Below the pieces are notes generated by a model. It ran no database searches. It worked only from the letters and a program-made list of their open reading frames with translations, and was not told the DNA's origin. From IMG/VR virus record IMGVR_UViG_3300016725_000002, positions 64,001 to 128,000 of that record: DNA of 64,000 bases; one strand, 5' to 3'. The number at the start of each line of letters is the position of its first letter. Position 1 is the stretch's first letter. The translations under genes were made by a program, and so were the position numbers. Positions 18,783 through 29,286 of the stretch are shown piece by piece. Origin of the DNA: a virus (taxonomy: Duplodnaviria > Caudoviricetes).

Positions 18783-20470
18783 TATTCCTCTCCTTGATTC
18801 ATTAAGTCAAATACCCGCTTAACTGGTTTAGGTGGTTCTGCACCAGTTTTATCAAAATAATCTTTCATTAAGTCAGAATCAATATAACTCTTAATTGAGT
18901 TAGAGGGATTATGACCTAATTTTTTAGCTACCTCTTCTACAGCAGTATTAAATGTCTTTATTGGGTCTTTTTTACCACGATTGCTTGTTATATCTGTAAA
19001 AATACGGTTTGCATGGAATTTACGGAATCCATGTGCAGTATCAGGAAATCCTAATGAAGTTAAATATTTATTTATATAGGTTGTGCTGACAGGTGTATCA
19101 CCTTTTACGGAGAAAAGGTATTGATTTGCTTTTCGCATATTCTTTAATATTGAAAGAGCTTTAACTATTTTTTCGTTTGTTATCACATGACGTTGATGGA
19201 CATTCTTTTTACCATTATATGAAATAATAGCTTTTCCATCTTTAATTACTACGAATTTAGACAATAAATTATGTATTCCATATACACCATTTGTTTCACT
19301 TTCACCAGTATTACCAATACGTCCAGCAGTGTCGTCAAGAACAGCAGTAACTAAAGCCGCAATTGATTTAGTAGTTAATTCTTTAGAAAGGATTGGTTCA
19401 AAATCTTTAGTATATTGTTTTCTAAGTTTATTTATATCTAATGAATTAGCAAGTTTTGCAGCTTTTTCATATTTAGTTTTTAAACTACGTTTACGATAAT
19501 CCTTTGTATAAAAATGATATTTATTATTATTGATATTAACTTGAGGAAATCCAGTACAATAATAGGTATTATCTTCCTTGGTATAATCAGGATTCATCTT
19601 AATATCAGAACCGGGAATATTTTCTAGTTCTTTACCATATGAAGTATAGTAGTTGAATAAAATTGTTGGTGAAGTGGATAATGCAACTTTGCCTTTAAAT
19701 CCTGAATCAATAGGATTAGGTATTCCTAATTTTTTTAATATGGTTCCTGCTACTTTTACATCTACTAAATCATAACCCTGATTATCAAATTCATTTTCAA
19801 CAACTTGTTTTGCTAATTTCTTATTATCATTTAATGCTTTACGATATTCTTTATAACGTACAGGACTCTTTTTTAATCTTTCAATTTGTTCATCTGATGG
19901 AGTAGTAGTTTTAAATATACGCATTAATACCTTATTATATAATGTTAAATTATTCTTATAATTTTGTGAGGTTTCATCAGAGGTTAAACCTGTAATACTT
20001 TTTAATAAATTACGAATACGAATATCTGGTAAGTATCGTGAGAGAAGTGAAATATTTTTAATCATATTTTCGGATAATTCATCCGCGTTATAAATAGCTA
20101 ACATTTTATTTATTTCTGTAACTGAATCCCTATTAAGTTTTTTAAATTTTTGTTTGTTAGATTGTAAAACTTCATTTAACTCTTGATATATGTCATCATT
20201 TGTTAATAATGCTGGGCCGTATTTAAATAAAGTTTTTAATTTTTTAGTGCGGGTGCATTTGATTTCATCTAGTTGTTCTATAAAATCTGTTAAATAATTA
20301 TTGTAAGTGGTTTTATCTATCTTCTTAAATAATGAATGATTAAATTCCATCTCATGATATAGTTCTAGCATAGGTGGAAGAACTATACTTAAAAATGATA
20401 ATATTTTTAAACCATCTGTATCAAATTTTACCATATCTTGTAATGAAGCATCTAATTCAATTAATTTCAT
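18782..20470 (-). CDS. DNA topoisomerase IB with long N-terminal extension
   Basis: Catalytic residues in order: GRIGN (R), YNGKKNV (K), HGFRKFHAN (R), LGHN (H), KSYID (Y). Confidence 0.85.
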   Translation of the reverse strand: MKLIELDASLQDMVKFDTDGLKILSFLSIVLPPMLELYHEMEFNHSLFKKIDKTTYNNYLTDFIEQLDEIKCTRTKKLKTLFKYGPALLTNDDIYQELNEVLQSNKQKFKKLNRDSVTEINKMLAIYNADELSENMIKNISLLSRYLPDIRIRNLLKSITGLTSDETSQNYKNNLTLYNKVLMRIFKTTTPSDEQIERLKKSPVRYKEYRKALNDNKKLAKQVVENEFDNQGYDLVDVKVAGTILKKLGIPNPIDSGFKGKVALSTSPTILFNYYTSYGKELENIPGSDIKMNPDYTKEDNTYYCTGFPQVNINNNKYHFYTKDYRKRSLKTKYEKAAKLANSLDINKLRKQYTKDFEPILSKELTTKSIAALVTAVLDDTAGRIGNTGESETNGVYGIHNLLSKFVVIKDGKAIISYNGKKNVHQRHVITNEKIVKALSILKNMRKANQYLFSVKGDTPVSTTYINKYLTSLGFPDTAHGFRKFHANRIFTDITSNRGKKDPIKTFNTAVEEVAKKLGHNPSNSIKSYIDSDLMKDYFDKTGAEPPKPVKRVFDLMNQGEE

Positions 20471-20471
20471 A

Positions 20472-21338
20472 TTAACCTAGGTAAAAGTTAGTACCATCAC
20501 AAACTAATGTAAGCACCTGCTTATTTGTAGTAATAGCTATAGAAGTTTCGCCTTCTATTTTATATAAATCTGTATCTTCAGTAGTTAATATTAAATCATC
20601 ACCTTCATACATACGTTTAACGTAAAAAATGCCATTATCAACAATAGGAAGTTTTAACGTCATAGCACTTGTTACAATTAAGAAATCTCCAGAATCAATA
20701 TCTGTTAAATCATAAACAGTATTAATTGTTTTTACCGTTGTATAAATCGTACTACCTGTAGGAGATGTTTGCGCCGAATCATTCTCCCCACCCATAAAGT
20801 AAATGTAGGACGCACCAGAATTAGACCCAGTCTGATTAGACATATTAGAACTATTAGCAGGTAAATCGGCACGAGTGGCATAGGTAAATTCATCACTAGA
20901 TTCAAGTGAAAGACCTCTTGAATAACCCCAAACAATTTTTAATTGAATAAGAACTGGAGTAGCACCCGTAGAGGTACTACCGGGTTTATACAAATCACCA
21001 AGTTTACCAATAAAAATTAATCTATTGGTTGCATCAAATAAACCGAACTCTTTTAAATAAGTAGCTGCACATTCATCTGCTGGAATATATGCAGTAAGTA
21101 ATACACTACCTTCATCTGTACCTTCTAAATTCTGTAAACTAACAATTTTTCCACGCCAAACTTCATTAATTAATCGTGTTTGTGTATCATCTAAAGTTAC
21201 AGTTGCAGCACCATTAGCATCCCCAACTGCAAAATATTTTATATCAATGGGTGCATTGCCATCAAGAACCGCATTCTGTTTTAATGCTGCTCCTATAGTA
21301 GTAATAGCAATATTTATACTAGAATCAACTGTTGCCAT
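20472..21338 (-). CDS. Tail-collar fibre protein (DUF3751-like N-terminus)
   Basis: ITTIG...FAVGDANG...QTRLINEVWR...IPA...LKEFGLFD. Confidence 0.8.
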   Translation of the reverse strand: MATVDSSINIAITTIGAALKQNAVLDGNAPIDIKYFAVGDANGAATVTLDDTQTRLINEVWRGKIVSLQNLEGTDEGSVLLTAYIPADECAATYLKEFGLFDATNRLIFIGKLGDLYKPGSTSTGATPVLIQLKIVWGYSRGLSLESSDEFTYATRADLPANSSNMSNQTGSNSGASYIYFMGGENDSAQTSPTGSTIYTTVKTINTVYDLTDIDSGDFLIVTSAMTLKLPIVDNGIFYVKRMYEGDDLILTTEDTDLYKIEGETSIAITTNKQVLTLVCDGTNFYLG

Positions 21339-21347
21339 GATATCTCC

Positions 21348-21791
21348 TTAACAAATTTGAGGTTCATTTAATAAATTAGTCTTTAAATAAGCTTCTTGAC
21401 TTTCAACAGTAGCTTCAAATAAGCTAGATATATTTTTATTATCTTGTGTAATAGTTGGAGCTATATTTGAATATGTAATCATATTTTGAATATCCTGAAT
21501 AACTGTGCTTTTTCTCCAAATATATTGTTTAATTTCAGTTAATGCATATATTACGAAGGCATTTAAATCTTTAGTTCCATTTTCATATTCAAAATAATCA
21601 CAAATTGAACCTTGGTCATCACTCAAACGTAAGGTAAATACATATTTATTTTCTATTGGAGTTAAATTTATAATCAAACACCCATTAGACCTAGGGGAGT
21701 ACAAAGGAAGTCTTAAAAAAGATTTTCCTTTGTACTCCACTTGATAAAATGAAGTGTTTTCGTTACGCGCAGTAACGAAAACGTAGTTCAT
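21348..21791 (-). CDS. Hypothetical protein with leader MNYVFVTA
   Basis: 147-aa ORF, TAATG coupling with upstream gene. Confidence 0.6.
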   Translation of the reverse strand: MNYVFVTARNENTSFYQVEYKGKSFLRLPLYSPRSNGCLIINLTPIENKYVFTLRLSDDQGSICDYFEYENGTKDLNAFVIYALTEIKQYIWRKSTVIQDIQNMITYSNIAPTITQDNKNISSLFEATVESQEAYLKTNLLNEPQIC

Positions 21792-22417
21792 TACGCAATC
21801 TTAGCAAGGTTACGAAGAATACTAGCAACAATAATTGAAGAATCTGAACCAACCGGAATATTTAATTTAGAAAGATAAATCATGTCTACACCATTAGTTG
21901 TAAGTGTAGGAATAACACCACCGGGCCAACGAATATTTGAAGGCCAATTTATTGTAAAATTACCACCATTAACTAACACTAAAACAGCCATTTTATTAGA
22001 TACACCGGCATTAATATTAATAGTCATATTTTCCACGCAAGTGTGATAGAAAATATCACCAGCATTATCATTTAATGTAAAAGCTAAGGTACTATTACTA
22101 TAAGTAGATGCACCAAATTTAGGGGCATCTTTAACTGTTTCACTAACACGGCGCAGAACAATACCTATAATAACATTATAAGGTGTATCTTCAGTTACAG
22201 CTTCAGAAAAAGTAATTGTATTATTAGTAATAGAATATTCATTCTGTGAAATACCACTAAGGCTTACAATTAAGCTTTCACCATCAATAACGCTTTCATC
22301 TGCTAAAACAATAGAATTACTACCTTTAGTCATTATTCCGGAGTAATTTCTAACACTGGATTCAGTAACGAAAGGTTGAGGTGAAACAAGAGTTATGTTC
22401 GCTTTTGTAATAGGCAT
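21791..22417 (-). CDS. Fibre-associated protein (ITKAN..PFVT adaptor domain plus WP..WPGG..P.LT domain)
   Basis: N-domain shared with 33468, 34780 and 36320 ORFs; C-domain INWPSNIRWPGGVIPTLT typical of phage fibre tips. Confidence 0.65.
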   Translation of the reverse strand: MPITKANITLVSPQPFVTESSVRNYSGIMTKGSNSIVLADESVIDGESLIVSLSGISQNEYSITNNTITFSEAVTEDTPYNVIIGIVLRRVSETVKDAPKFGASTYSNSTLAFTLNDNAGDIFYHTCVENMTININAGVSNKMAVLVLVNGGNFTINWPSNIRWPGGVIPTLTTNGVDMIYLSKLNIPVGSDSSIIVASILRNLAKIA

Positions 22418-22486
22418 GTCTGTTCTCCGAAAGAGGGTTAAAGGTTAATGAAAGTAGAAGGAATTAATACCATTCATGCTTTAATA

Positions 22487-22493
22487 TAAACTG
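22487..22493 (-). promoter_or_regulatory. CAGTTTA motif (candidate late promoter element)
   Basis: Intergenic, context ATTAACAGTTTA. Confidence 0.45.
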
Positions 22494-22526
22494 TTAATTA
22501 GCTTAATCTAAAGAAATATTGGTGTG

Positions 22527-23135
22527 CTATTTTAATTTTTTCCACATTACTGCTCCTGCTTCATCTATATTTTGAGGTGAGCAATCAACGTCAAAAACAT
22601 AAGATATTAATCTACTATATAATTGTTTAAATTTATCTTCATGTCCATAACTTAACGCTTTAACATCTTTGAAGATTTGTTTATTTTGTTCACTATGTTC
22701 AGCAGTTAATGATAGAAATTTATTATGCTTAATAGCTAAAGTTGTTATGCATAAATGGGTATATTCATGAAGTAACGCAGATAATGTGGATTTATTAGGT
22801 AAAGATAGCATTAAGCCATCTTTAGATGTTTGATAACCTAACATTACTAATAATAAATTATTTATATAAATAGCTTGCGCTCCATCAATATTGCGTTCTT
22901 GTTGAATTTCATTAAACACATCATTAAACCATGCATAACTTTTGGGTATACGCAATAATTTAAAGTTTTTTAGTTCTTTAGCATATTGTTTATTTAAATA
23001 TCGGGTGAAATTGTTAGTTACTATAAATTGGTTAGCAGTACATGGAATAACTCGTTTACTCAATGAAACACAAACATCAACTATTTCTTTATACTTATTT
23101 CTATTAACTGCCAAAGTTATGTATTTCATGCCCAT
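22527..23135 (-). CDS. HExxH zinc metalloprotease (SprT-like) with MKY leader
   Basis: LLHEYTHL...YGHEDKFK; alternative start MKYITLA at 23129. Confidence 0.65.
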   Translation of the reverse strand: MGMKYITLAVNRNKYKEIVDVCVSLSKRVIPCTANQFIVTNNFTRYLNKQYAKELKNFKLLRIPKSYAWFNDVFNEIQQERNIDGAQAIYINNLLLVMLGYQTSKDGLMLSLPNKSTLSALLHEYTHLCITTLAIKHNKFLSLTAEHSEQNKQIFKDVKALSYGHEDKFKQLYSRLISYVFDVDCSPQNIDEAGAVMWKKLK

Positions 23136-24601
23136 CTAACTCCCTTTAATGTACGCTTAATATGTTTCTTTTGATTTAACGTAAGTTTATTCAATTTACG
23201 GTATGTCTTTTTATCAAAGTTAAGCCATCTACTATCTAAATGATATAAACCTGTTAATCTTGCAGCATAAGTAACCGCAATAGCAGCTTGAATTTCATCT
23301 GTAAACCTACCTAGTTCAAATTTGCCTAATTTAGCGATAAAAGTATTTCTGTCCTTATTCAATCCTATATATTTAGAGGTTTTATCCTTTGATATTCTAA
23401 CAAATGGAGGTTTAATATAATTATCATCAATAGGAAGTTTAATGTGTTTATTTTCATAGTCAGGAAAGTTTAAAACTGCATCTTTTCCATGAAAACGTCT
23501 AGCAGCTACATCATAAACTTTAGCTGCAAACTCTTCATTAGAAAATGTTCCAATACTCTTAGTAGAACCATTAATAGTAATGCCAACTCGATAATTATTA
23601 TCTTTAGTAGTACGAACACCAAAATATTTACTAGTAGTGTTACCTTTTTTATTAAAAATAGTTTGTAACATTTGTTTCTTATTTATATCAACTTTACCTT
23701 CAATTATATTAGATAAGCAGCAGTTAAATTTGTTGTTATCATGATGTTCATACTTTCTATAATTTAAATTTAAAATTGCGAATAAGGGTTTTTGTTGGTT
23801 ATTTATGTCAATTCCTAAAATAGAACCATAATAATAGAATTTATATTTACATAATTCAGCATAATAGCGTCTATCACAATAAAAGAATTTACTTTCACAA
23901 TTACCAAAAAGCCGTATTTTTAATACCTTACCTAATTTTTTATTAATTACAAGTTTAATATTATCTTTAAAGTTTTCTAACCTTTTTTCTTTTCGTATTT
24001 GATTTGAATGTATTTTACTCTCAACAGCATCCTCAGCACTTTTTCTTAAATCTTCTTCTGTTGGAAATATTACATATTCGTGTGCAAAATCTACATAACG
24101 TACTTTTAATTTAGTATGCTGCTTAATTTTATTTGGGAAGTTAATTCTAGCAAATTCACCAAAGAAAAACAAAGCGGCTTTATCATAAGTTAAAGCCGCT
24201 GTTATTTCATCATCAAATCTACCTAAACGATAAGTATTATAGTATAAGGTAATTTCAACATTGTATTTAGGTCCACCTTTTGTGTTTTGAACCCAAACAC
24301 CTTTATATGGACTAGAACAATTAGAGCGTTTTTTAGAATTTGCAATATTCTGACTTTGATAAGCTAAACGTAAGTTATCTCGTGTGTTATTTAATATATC
24401 CCTATTTTTATGGTCAACATAGATAGGGGAAAGTTTAGTTAAATTCATTACTTTTCTATGTAAAAATTCATTAGTTGATGCTAAACAAACATAACCTTGG
24501 ATATTTAGTACCAATCGTTCATTTTTATACTTTTTGTATATATCTTCATCAACTAGTGTAACCTTCTTAGACTTGTGTATAGGTAAAGTGTATTGTTTCA
24601 T
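23126..24601 (-). mobile_element. Free-standing HNH-AP2 homing endonuclease gene (three AP2 domains)
   Basis: LHR..VDHKNRDILNNTRDNLR (HNH); AP2 repeats SPYKGV..LGRFDDEITAA, SKYFGV..IGTFSNEEFAA, SKYIGL..LGRFTDEIQAA. Confidence 0.85.
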
Positions 24602-24680
24602 AATAGACTCCTTTTTGGCTGTAGTGCTATTATGAAACTGGTTTAATGCAGTGAAAAATGCCGTATATTTTTTATGATTT

Positions 24681-25448
24681 TTATTTTAATTTCATATCTA
24701 TGAAATCACCTACGGCACTATAGTCGGCTGGTGCTTCGGAGAGAATTGAAATCTCGCCGAATATAGGATTACAGGCTGAAACATAATGTAATCGTCCATT
24801 AAAAATACCACCATAAGAACGAACATCTTTAAAATCAGAGTGATAGCAAGTACAAGTACGCTGACATTCAGGTCCAAGTACACCACCACAAACGCTACAT
24901 TGAAATACACCATTCAATGCACCCATACTGTATACACCACCAAAACGAAGAACACTATCAACAATAGTACATTTAGTTCTATCAATTAAAGCAAGCAAGA
25001 ATACTTTTACTACTTTATATTTAGGAACAGGAACAACTGACACGTCAACAACAATACCTTGAGCATCACGCAAATTTTTATTATTATGATTCTTACAAAC
25101 TGGTCTACCCATAAAAGTTTTATAACGCTGACAGCCATATTCAGGATCAAATTCAAATAAAGTTTTAGTCATAAAACCCTGCATATTTCTATTCGGTATA
25201 TCACTTGTTAATGCCGGAATACGTACTACAATATAATCCTTTAAATTAGGTGAAATATTATAATGTCCTGCTGCAAATTTAACCCAAGATAAATCAATGG
25301 GAGCATTATAACTTGAATCCATTGCAGAAGCAGTTATTGTAGTACGTTTATGTAATTCTTCAAGAATACTAGTTTTACGATTCTGTTTATATAATTCAAT
25401 GGTGTTAGTGCTGTTATAAGCATCACCTAATATAATTGCTTTTGCCAT
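24681..25448 (-). CDS. Prohead (capsid maturation) protease with Zn-ribbon insertion
   Basis: PNRN..F, GRPV..NH (His), G.VVD, YSMG (Ser), CSVCG, EISIL..PAD follow the HK97/herpes-type protease motif order. Confidence 0.75.
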   Translation of the reverse strand: MAKAIILGDAYNSTNTIELYKQNRKTSILEELHKRTTITASAMDSSYNAPIDLSWVKFAAGHYNISPNLKDYIVVRIPALTSDIPNRNMQGFMTKTLFEFDPEYGCQRYKTFMGRPVCKNHNNKNLRDAQGIVVDVSVVPVPKYKVVKVFLLALIDRTKCTIVDSVLRFGGVYSMGALNGVFQCSVCGGVLGPECQRTCTCYHSDFKDVRSYGGIFNGRLHYVSACNPIFGEISILSEAPADYSAVGDFIDMKLK

Positions 25449-25458
25449 TTTTATTCTC

Positions 25459-26508
25459 CTAAATTAATTGTAAATTCACAGTTCCATTTCCACCATTGCC
25501 ACCAGAAACACTTCCGGTATATACTCCACCTAATCCACCAGTTGTTGTGATTTTACTAGTTGTATTAATGGTTCCTTTATGAAAAAGATGAATTGCACCA
25601 CCACCAGAACCACCGCCGCCTTGTGAGAATGGATATGTACCACCTATAGTTTGGTGACCACAACCACCAGCAGAACCATTCGATTGAATTGAACCGGATG
25701 ATCCAATAATTATATTTCCGCGAACAAAAAGTATCATTAATCCACCAGTTCCATTAGAACCTACTTTTCCGCTTGAATATTTTACAGTACCACCCGGATT
25801 ACCAGCTCCACCACCACCTTGTGCAGCATATCCAGAACCAGTGTCATATGCACCAGCACCACCAGCACCACCAGAATCACTTCCAGCAGTCGCATGTGTA
25901 AATACTGCTGTCGATGCAAAACCTATAGATGGAGAGTCTGATGCTCCACCACCAGCACCAGATCCGCCAGAGAATGATGATCCATGACCACCACGATACA
26001 TATAGTTACCACCACCAGCGGCACATGCTCCATTAATCCCAGTTCCACCATCTGATGTTGAAGTTAATGATGTTTTATTTGTTGTTCCAAGACCACCAGT
26101 TTTATTAATTAAAGTAAAATTTGTGTAATCTTTTCCACTTTCAAGACTATCTAAATAAAAGATTTTTTTATTATATTTATCTATAACTATGTATTTTCCT
26201 TCAGCATTAGCACCCCTCGCTGTCATAGAAAGCGTTCCATTAACAGTTAGATCACCTAAAATATTTAAATATAACCCCTTACAACGTAATGTTGGGGTAA
26301 CGGTATGTCCAGCATTAACGGTAAAATTATTATATGTTCTAACAACAGGATCACCATCTAGTACAGAAGAAAACTGGTCATGTGCTATATCACCTGTTGA
26401 TGAAAAATCACCTAAATTTGAAGTAAAAGAAAAAACAGTGTTATAAATTCCATTATATTCTGGAAAATAAATTCCATCACTAATATTATAATTGAGTAAT
26501 TCTAGCAT
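25459..26508 (-). CDS. Glycine-rich fibre/receptor-binding protein, MLELLNYN tag
   Basis: GxxG-rich C-terminal domain (GGGGAGNPGG, GGGGSGGGAI). Confidence 0.75.
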   Translation of the reverse strand: MLELLNYNISDGIYFPEYNGIYNTVFSFTSNLGDFSSTGDIAHDQFSSVLDGDPVVRTYNNFTVNAGHTVTPTLRCKGLYLNILGDLTVNGTLSMTARGANAEGKYIVIDKYNKKIFYLDSLESGKDYTNFTLINKTGGLGTTNKTSLTSTSDGGTGINGACAAGGGNYMYRGGHGSSFSGGSGAGGGASDSPSIGFASTAVFTHATAGSDSGGAGGAGAYDTGSGYAAQGGGGAGNPGGTVKYSSGKVGSNGTGGLMILFVRGNIIIGSSGSIQSNGSAGGCGHQTIGGTYPFSQGGGGSGGGAIHLFHKGTINTTSKITTTGGLGGVYTGSVSGGNGGNGTVNLQLI

Positions 26509-26522
26509 ATTTTTCTCCTCCT
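26483..26522 (-). repeat. 40-bp RBS + MLELLNYNI repeat (second copy 27467..27506, 38/40 identical; weaker copies at ~28170-28207 and ~30728-30760)
   Basis: Direct comparison; both mismatches are synonymous third positions. Confidence 0.9.
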
Positions 26523-26538
26523 TAATTCCTTTAATTCA

Positions 26539-27492
26539 TTAAATCTTACTAAGTCTACCATATAAATCATCTCTTGAGTAATTTAAATCTCCTTCTAAAA
26601 GTGCGGAAAAAATACCATTTGATATATTACCAAAATTTAATACTGCTTGTGAACGACCCATAACAGAATATCTATCTGGGTATGTTGTTGAGTTTTTGTC
26701 ATCTGATAATGACTCTGCTATAAAAACATCTCCAAAATCAAAATTATTTATTTTACCACTTTTCATTTTAACTATACCGTTAGTTATTTTTTGTGTTGTT
26801 ACAGTAGCAGAAAATCCAGTGTCTATAAATGTATCTACACCATTATTATTAAATACAAAATATCTCCCACTTTCTGTAGTGTATATCCCATCGCATATTT
26901 GCCATCCAGAGGCAGGGAGGAAAAAATCAATTATATTTTTATAATTCGGATATATACTAGAAATATTCAATGATCGTCCTGTTTTAAATTCTATTAAAAA
27001 TAAAAACCGGATAGCACATAGTTGATAAAATGATATTGACCCAAATCCAGTTAGTCCATTTGTGTTTCGGTTTTTTGCATAAGTTCTAATTTGTTGTCTG
27101 TTTAAATTTCCAGCTAAAACACCCTTCAAACTTGTTAATTTATTATTTTGTAATCCGGCAAGATATTTACCAATCCAAAAACAATCTTGTTCTATACCAT
27201 TTTTCATGAATGCTGGATGACAATGAGAACCTTCAAATTTTTCTTCAGATATATAAATTGATTTATGATCTGTGTTTTTTATATAAAATTTTGGAATACG
27301 AACCATCTGTTGATTATCAATCACATCATCAGACCAATTAAAATTTGGAAGAGATTTAAAATCGAATGATTTTGGTTCATCATTTTCATTTACATTTATC
27401 CAACTTCCACCATTATTTCCAGATAATATTAATTTTACACCAATAATAGGTTTATAGTTTAATTGTATATTGTAATTAAGTAATTCTAGCAT
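26539..27492 (-). CDS. Mtd-like / C-type-lectin-fold tail protein, MLELLNYN tag
   Basis: MVRIPKFY...HPAF..NG.E.D.FWIGKY; ends GRLSKI. Confidence 0.7.
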   Translation of the reverse strand: MLELLNYNIQLNYKPIIGVKLILSGNNGGSWINVNENDEPKSFDFKSLPNFNWSDDVIDNQQMVRIPKFYIKNTDHKSIYISEEKFEGSHCHPAFMKNGIEQDCFWIGKYLAGLQNNKLTSLKGVLAGNLNRQQIRTYAKNRNTNGLTGFGSISFYQLCAIRFLFLIEFKTGRSLNISSIYPNYKNIIDFFLPASGWQICDGIYTTESGRYFVFNNNGVDTFIDTGFSATVTTQKITNGIVKMKSGKINNFDFGDVFIAESLSDDKNSTTYPDRYSVMGRSQAVLNFGNISNGIFSALLEGDLNYSRDDLYGRLSKI

Positions 27493-27508
27493 ATTTTTCT
27501 CCTCCTAT

Positions 27509-28195
27509 TTAAAATTTTATTTGTAAATGTTTTATATAAAAATATAAATTATATTGCCAAAAAGAACCAGACCAATTCATTGATATTGGTGGTATACTAA
27601 TATGAATAGTGTTATTTGTCTGTTCAAAGTCCTTTAGATATTGTTTATAATTTAAAAAATTAATATGAAATGTTTTCTCTGTAGTGGTTTTTGTCCAATC
27701 TAAATTAATACGACTGAGAAATAACCATTATCCATCATTACAATTTGAGTTCCCCCAATAGTTATATGTTTTAGTTTGGGAATTTGAAATACTAGTCCAA
27801 AATTTTTGAAATGAAAAAAGAACAATCGAACTTCCTTTGTCGTTTTTCAAATTTATTGAAAATTGACCGATTCGATTTTCTGATAATAAATTTGTGCATG
27901 TTATATCTAATGTTTTTGGAACCCCAATACATTTATAACTACATAAATTATCTAATGTACTAACACCTTCTGGTATAGTATTATAGTCAACAGTTTTATT
28001 TAATACAAATCTGGTTCCATAATTACTATATTCCGAGGATATATAAGAATCATTAGGCCATAGAATATTTTTATTCTCGGTGTTTTTAAAAATAATATTA
28101 TCCTTGATTTCTTGATAAGATAATAAATCATTTGAATTAAATAAAAAGGAGCTTTCAAATGAACTTTTTATATTATAATTAAGCAATTCTAACAT
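27509..28195 (-). pseudogene. MLELLNYN-tagged gene interrupted by one in-frame TAA at 27728..27730
   Basis: After the TAA the same frame stays open for 72 codons (WLFLSRINLDW...HLQIKF) to TAA 27509..27511, which abuts the next RBS. Confidence 0.75.
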
Positions 28196-28224
28196 ATTAT
28201 TCCTCCCTAATAGCTACTTTTTAA

Positions 28225-28231
28225 TAAACTG
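28225..28231 (-). promoter_or_regulatory. CAGTTTA motif (candidate late promoter element)
   Basis: Between a terminator and the MLELLNYN gene array; context ATTAGCAGTTTA. Confidence 0.45.
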
Positions 28232-28238
28232 CTAATAC

Positions 28239-28272
28239 TAAAGCCCATACAATATATATTGTATGGGCTTTA
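28239..28272 (-). terminator. Perfect 34-bp palindrome / terminator
   Basis: TAAAGCCCATACAATAT-ATATTGTATGGGCTTTA directly after stop of 28273 ORF. Confidence 0.8.
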
Positions 28273-29286
28273 TTAATATGCTATATAAATTCCACCAGAT
28301 TCCACCAGCCCTGACAATGATCCAGGGAAAAACTCATTAAGATTATTAGGTGTTGTGTCGATATTTATGATACTATTTAAATTCACTAAAAATCTCTTTC
28401 CTTGAAATAAACCGGCATTTTCTTGTTTATCTATATAATTGTATGTTTTATAAACAGGATGAACATCTAATCCGGAGCTTACATGTTTATAGCTTTGGAA
28501 AATGGAGTTATAAGAGCTAATAACAAATGCATCTATATTAACGCTTGTAGAGAATATATCTACGTTTTGTATTATATTAGAAGAAGAATTTAATAAAATT
28601 GAGAAAATGCAATTTATGTTTGGAGAATTAGATATGAATATATTATGAGTTTGTTTTCCTTGAATCGATGAAGTTGCACCATCTCTTGTTTTGATTACAC
28701 ATATATTTGGATTAGAAATATTTTCTAAAACATATTCACAGTTGTCAAGATAACACACGGTTCCATTTCCGGAAATATCTATAACATTAAACTCGTCTAT
28801 ACTAGAATTGTTTAGAGGGGCGAACGTAACGTTATAGAACCGATAGTCAGATGATTTAACTAAACACCTTCCCAATTTCACATTCTTTTTATTACCAGAT
28901 AAACTTCTTATAAAAATTGATCCTGTAGTTGATGTATATGCAGGAAATATCGTCTCATCATTTAAAGCATATGAGCCATCAGCTAAGTAAATGTTACAAG
29001 CATAATTAGATAAATTATACTTTTCTGATACAAAATTCAAAGCAAATTGGAGGGTTTTGAAAGGGAATGAGATCGATTTCCCTCTTTCAGAATCCTCATC
29101 ATCTATTCCTGTGGTTGAATTTACATAAAATGCTATACTATTTTTCAACCAAATATATGTATTAAGATCTTTACCTACCTGTGTTGTTATATTATCTAAA
29201 CTATCTAGTTCTGTTAAGAAAGAATGTGCCTCTATGAGAAATTTCAAAAGTTGAAATTTAGTTCCAAATGGATAAGTAAAATTCAT
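28273..29286 (-). CDS. Tailspike-like (beta-helix) protein
   Basis: FYVNSTTGIDD...G....PFKTLQFA...IYLADGSY cap motif of beta-helix proteins; paralogue of next gene. Confidence 0.7.
   Translation of the reverse strand: MNFTYPFGTKFQLLKFLIEAHSFLTELDSLDNITTQVGKDLNTYIWLKNSIAFYVNSTTGIDDEDSERGKSISFPFKTLQFALNFVSEKYNLSNYACNIYLADGSYALNDETIFPAYTSTTGSIFIRSLSGNKKNVKLGRCLVKSSDYRFYNVTFAPLNNSSIDEFNVIDISGNGTVCYLDNCEYVLENISNPNICVIKTRDGATSSIQGKQTHNIFISNSPNINCIFSILLNSSSNIIQNVDIFSTSVNIDAFVISSYNSIFQSYKHVSSGLDVHPVYKTYNYIDKQENAGLFQGKRFLVNLNSIINIDTTPNNLNEFFPGSLSGLVESGGIYIAY

Noticed and set aside
18782-20470. Tyrosine integrase / prophage integration module
   Set aside because: Motifs (RIGN, GKK, FRxFHAN, LGHxxxxxxxSYID) fit topoisomerase IB better; no att-like or host genes in window.
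27728-27730. Genome-wide stop-codon reassignment
   Set aside because: TAA, TAG and TGA all terminate well-defined genes and coding density is high under the standard code; only one internal stop was found.
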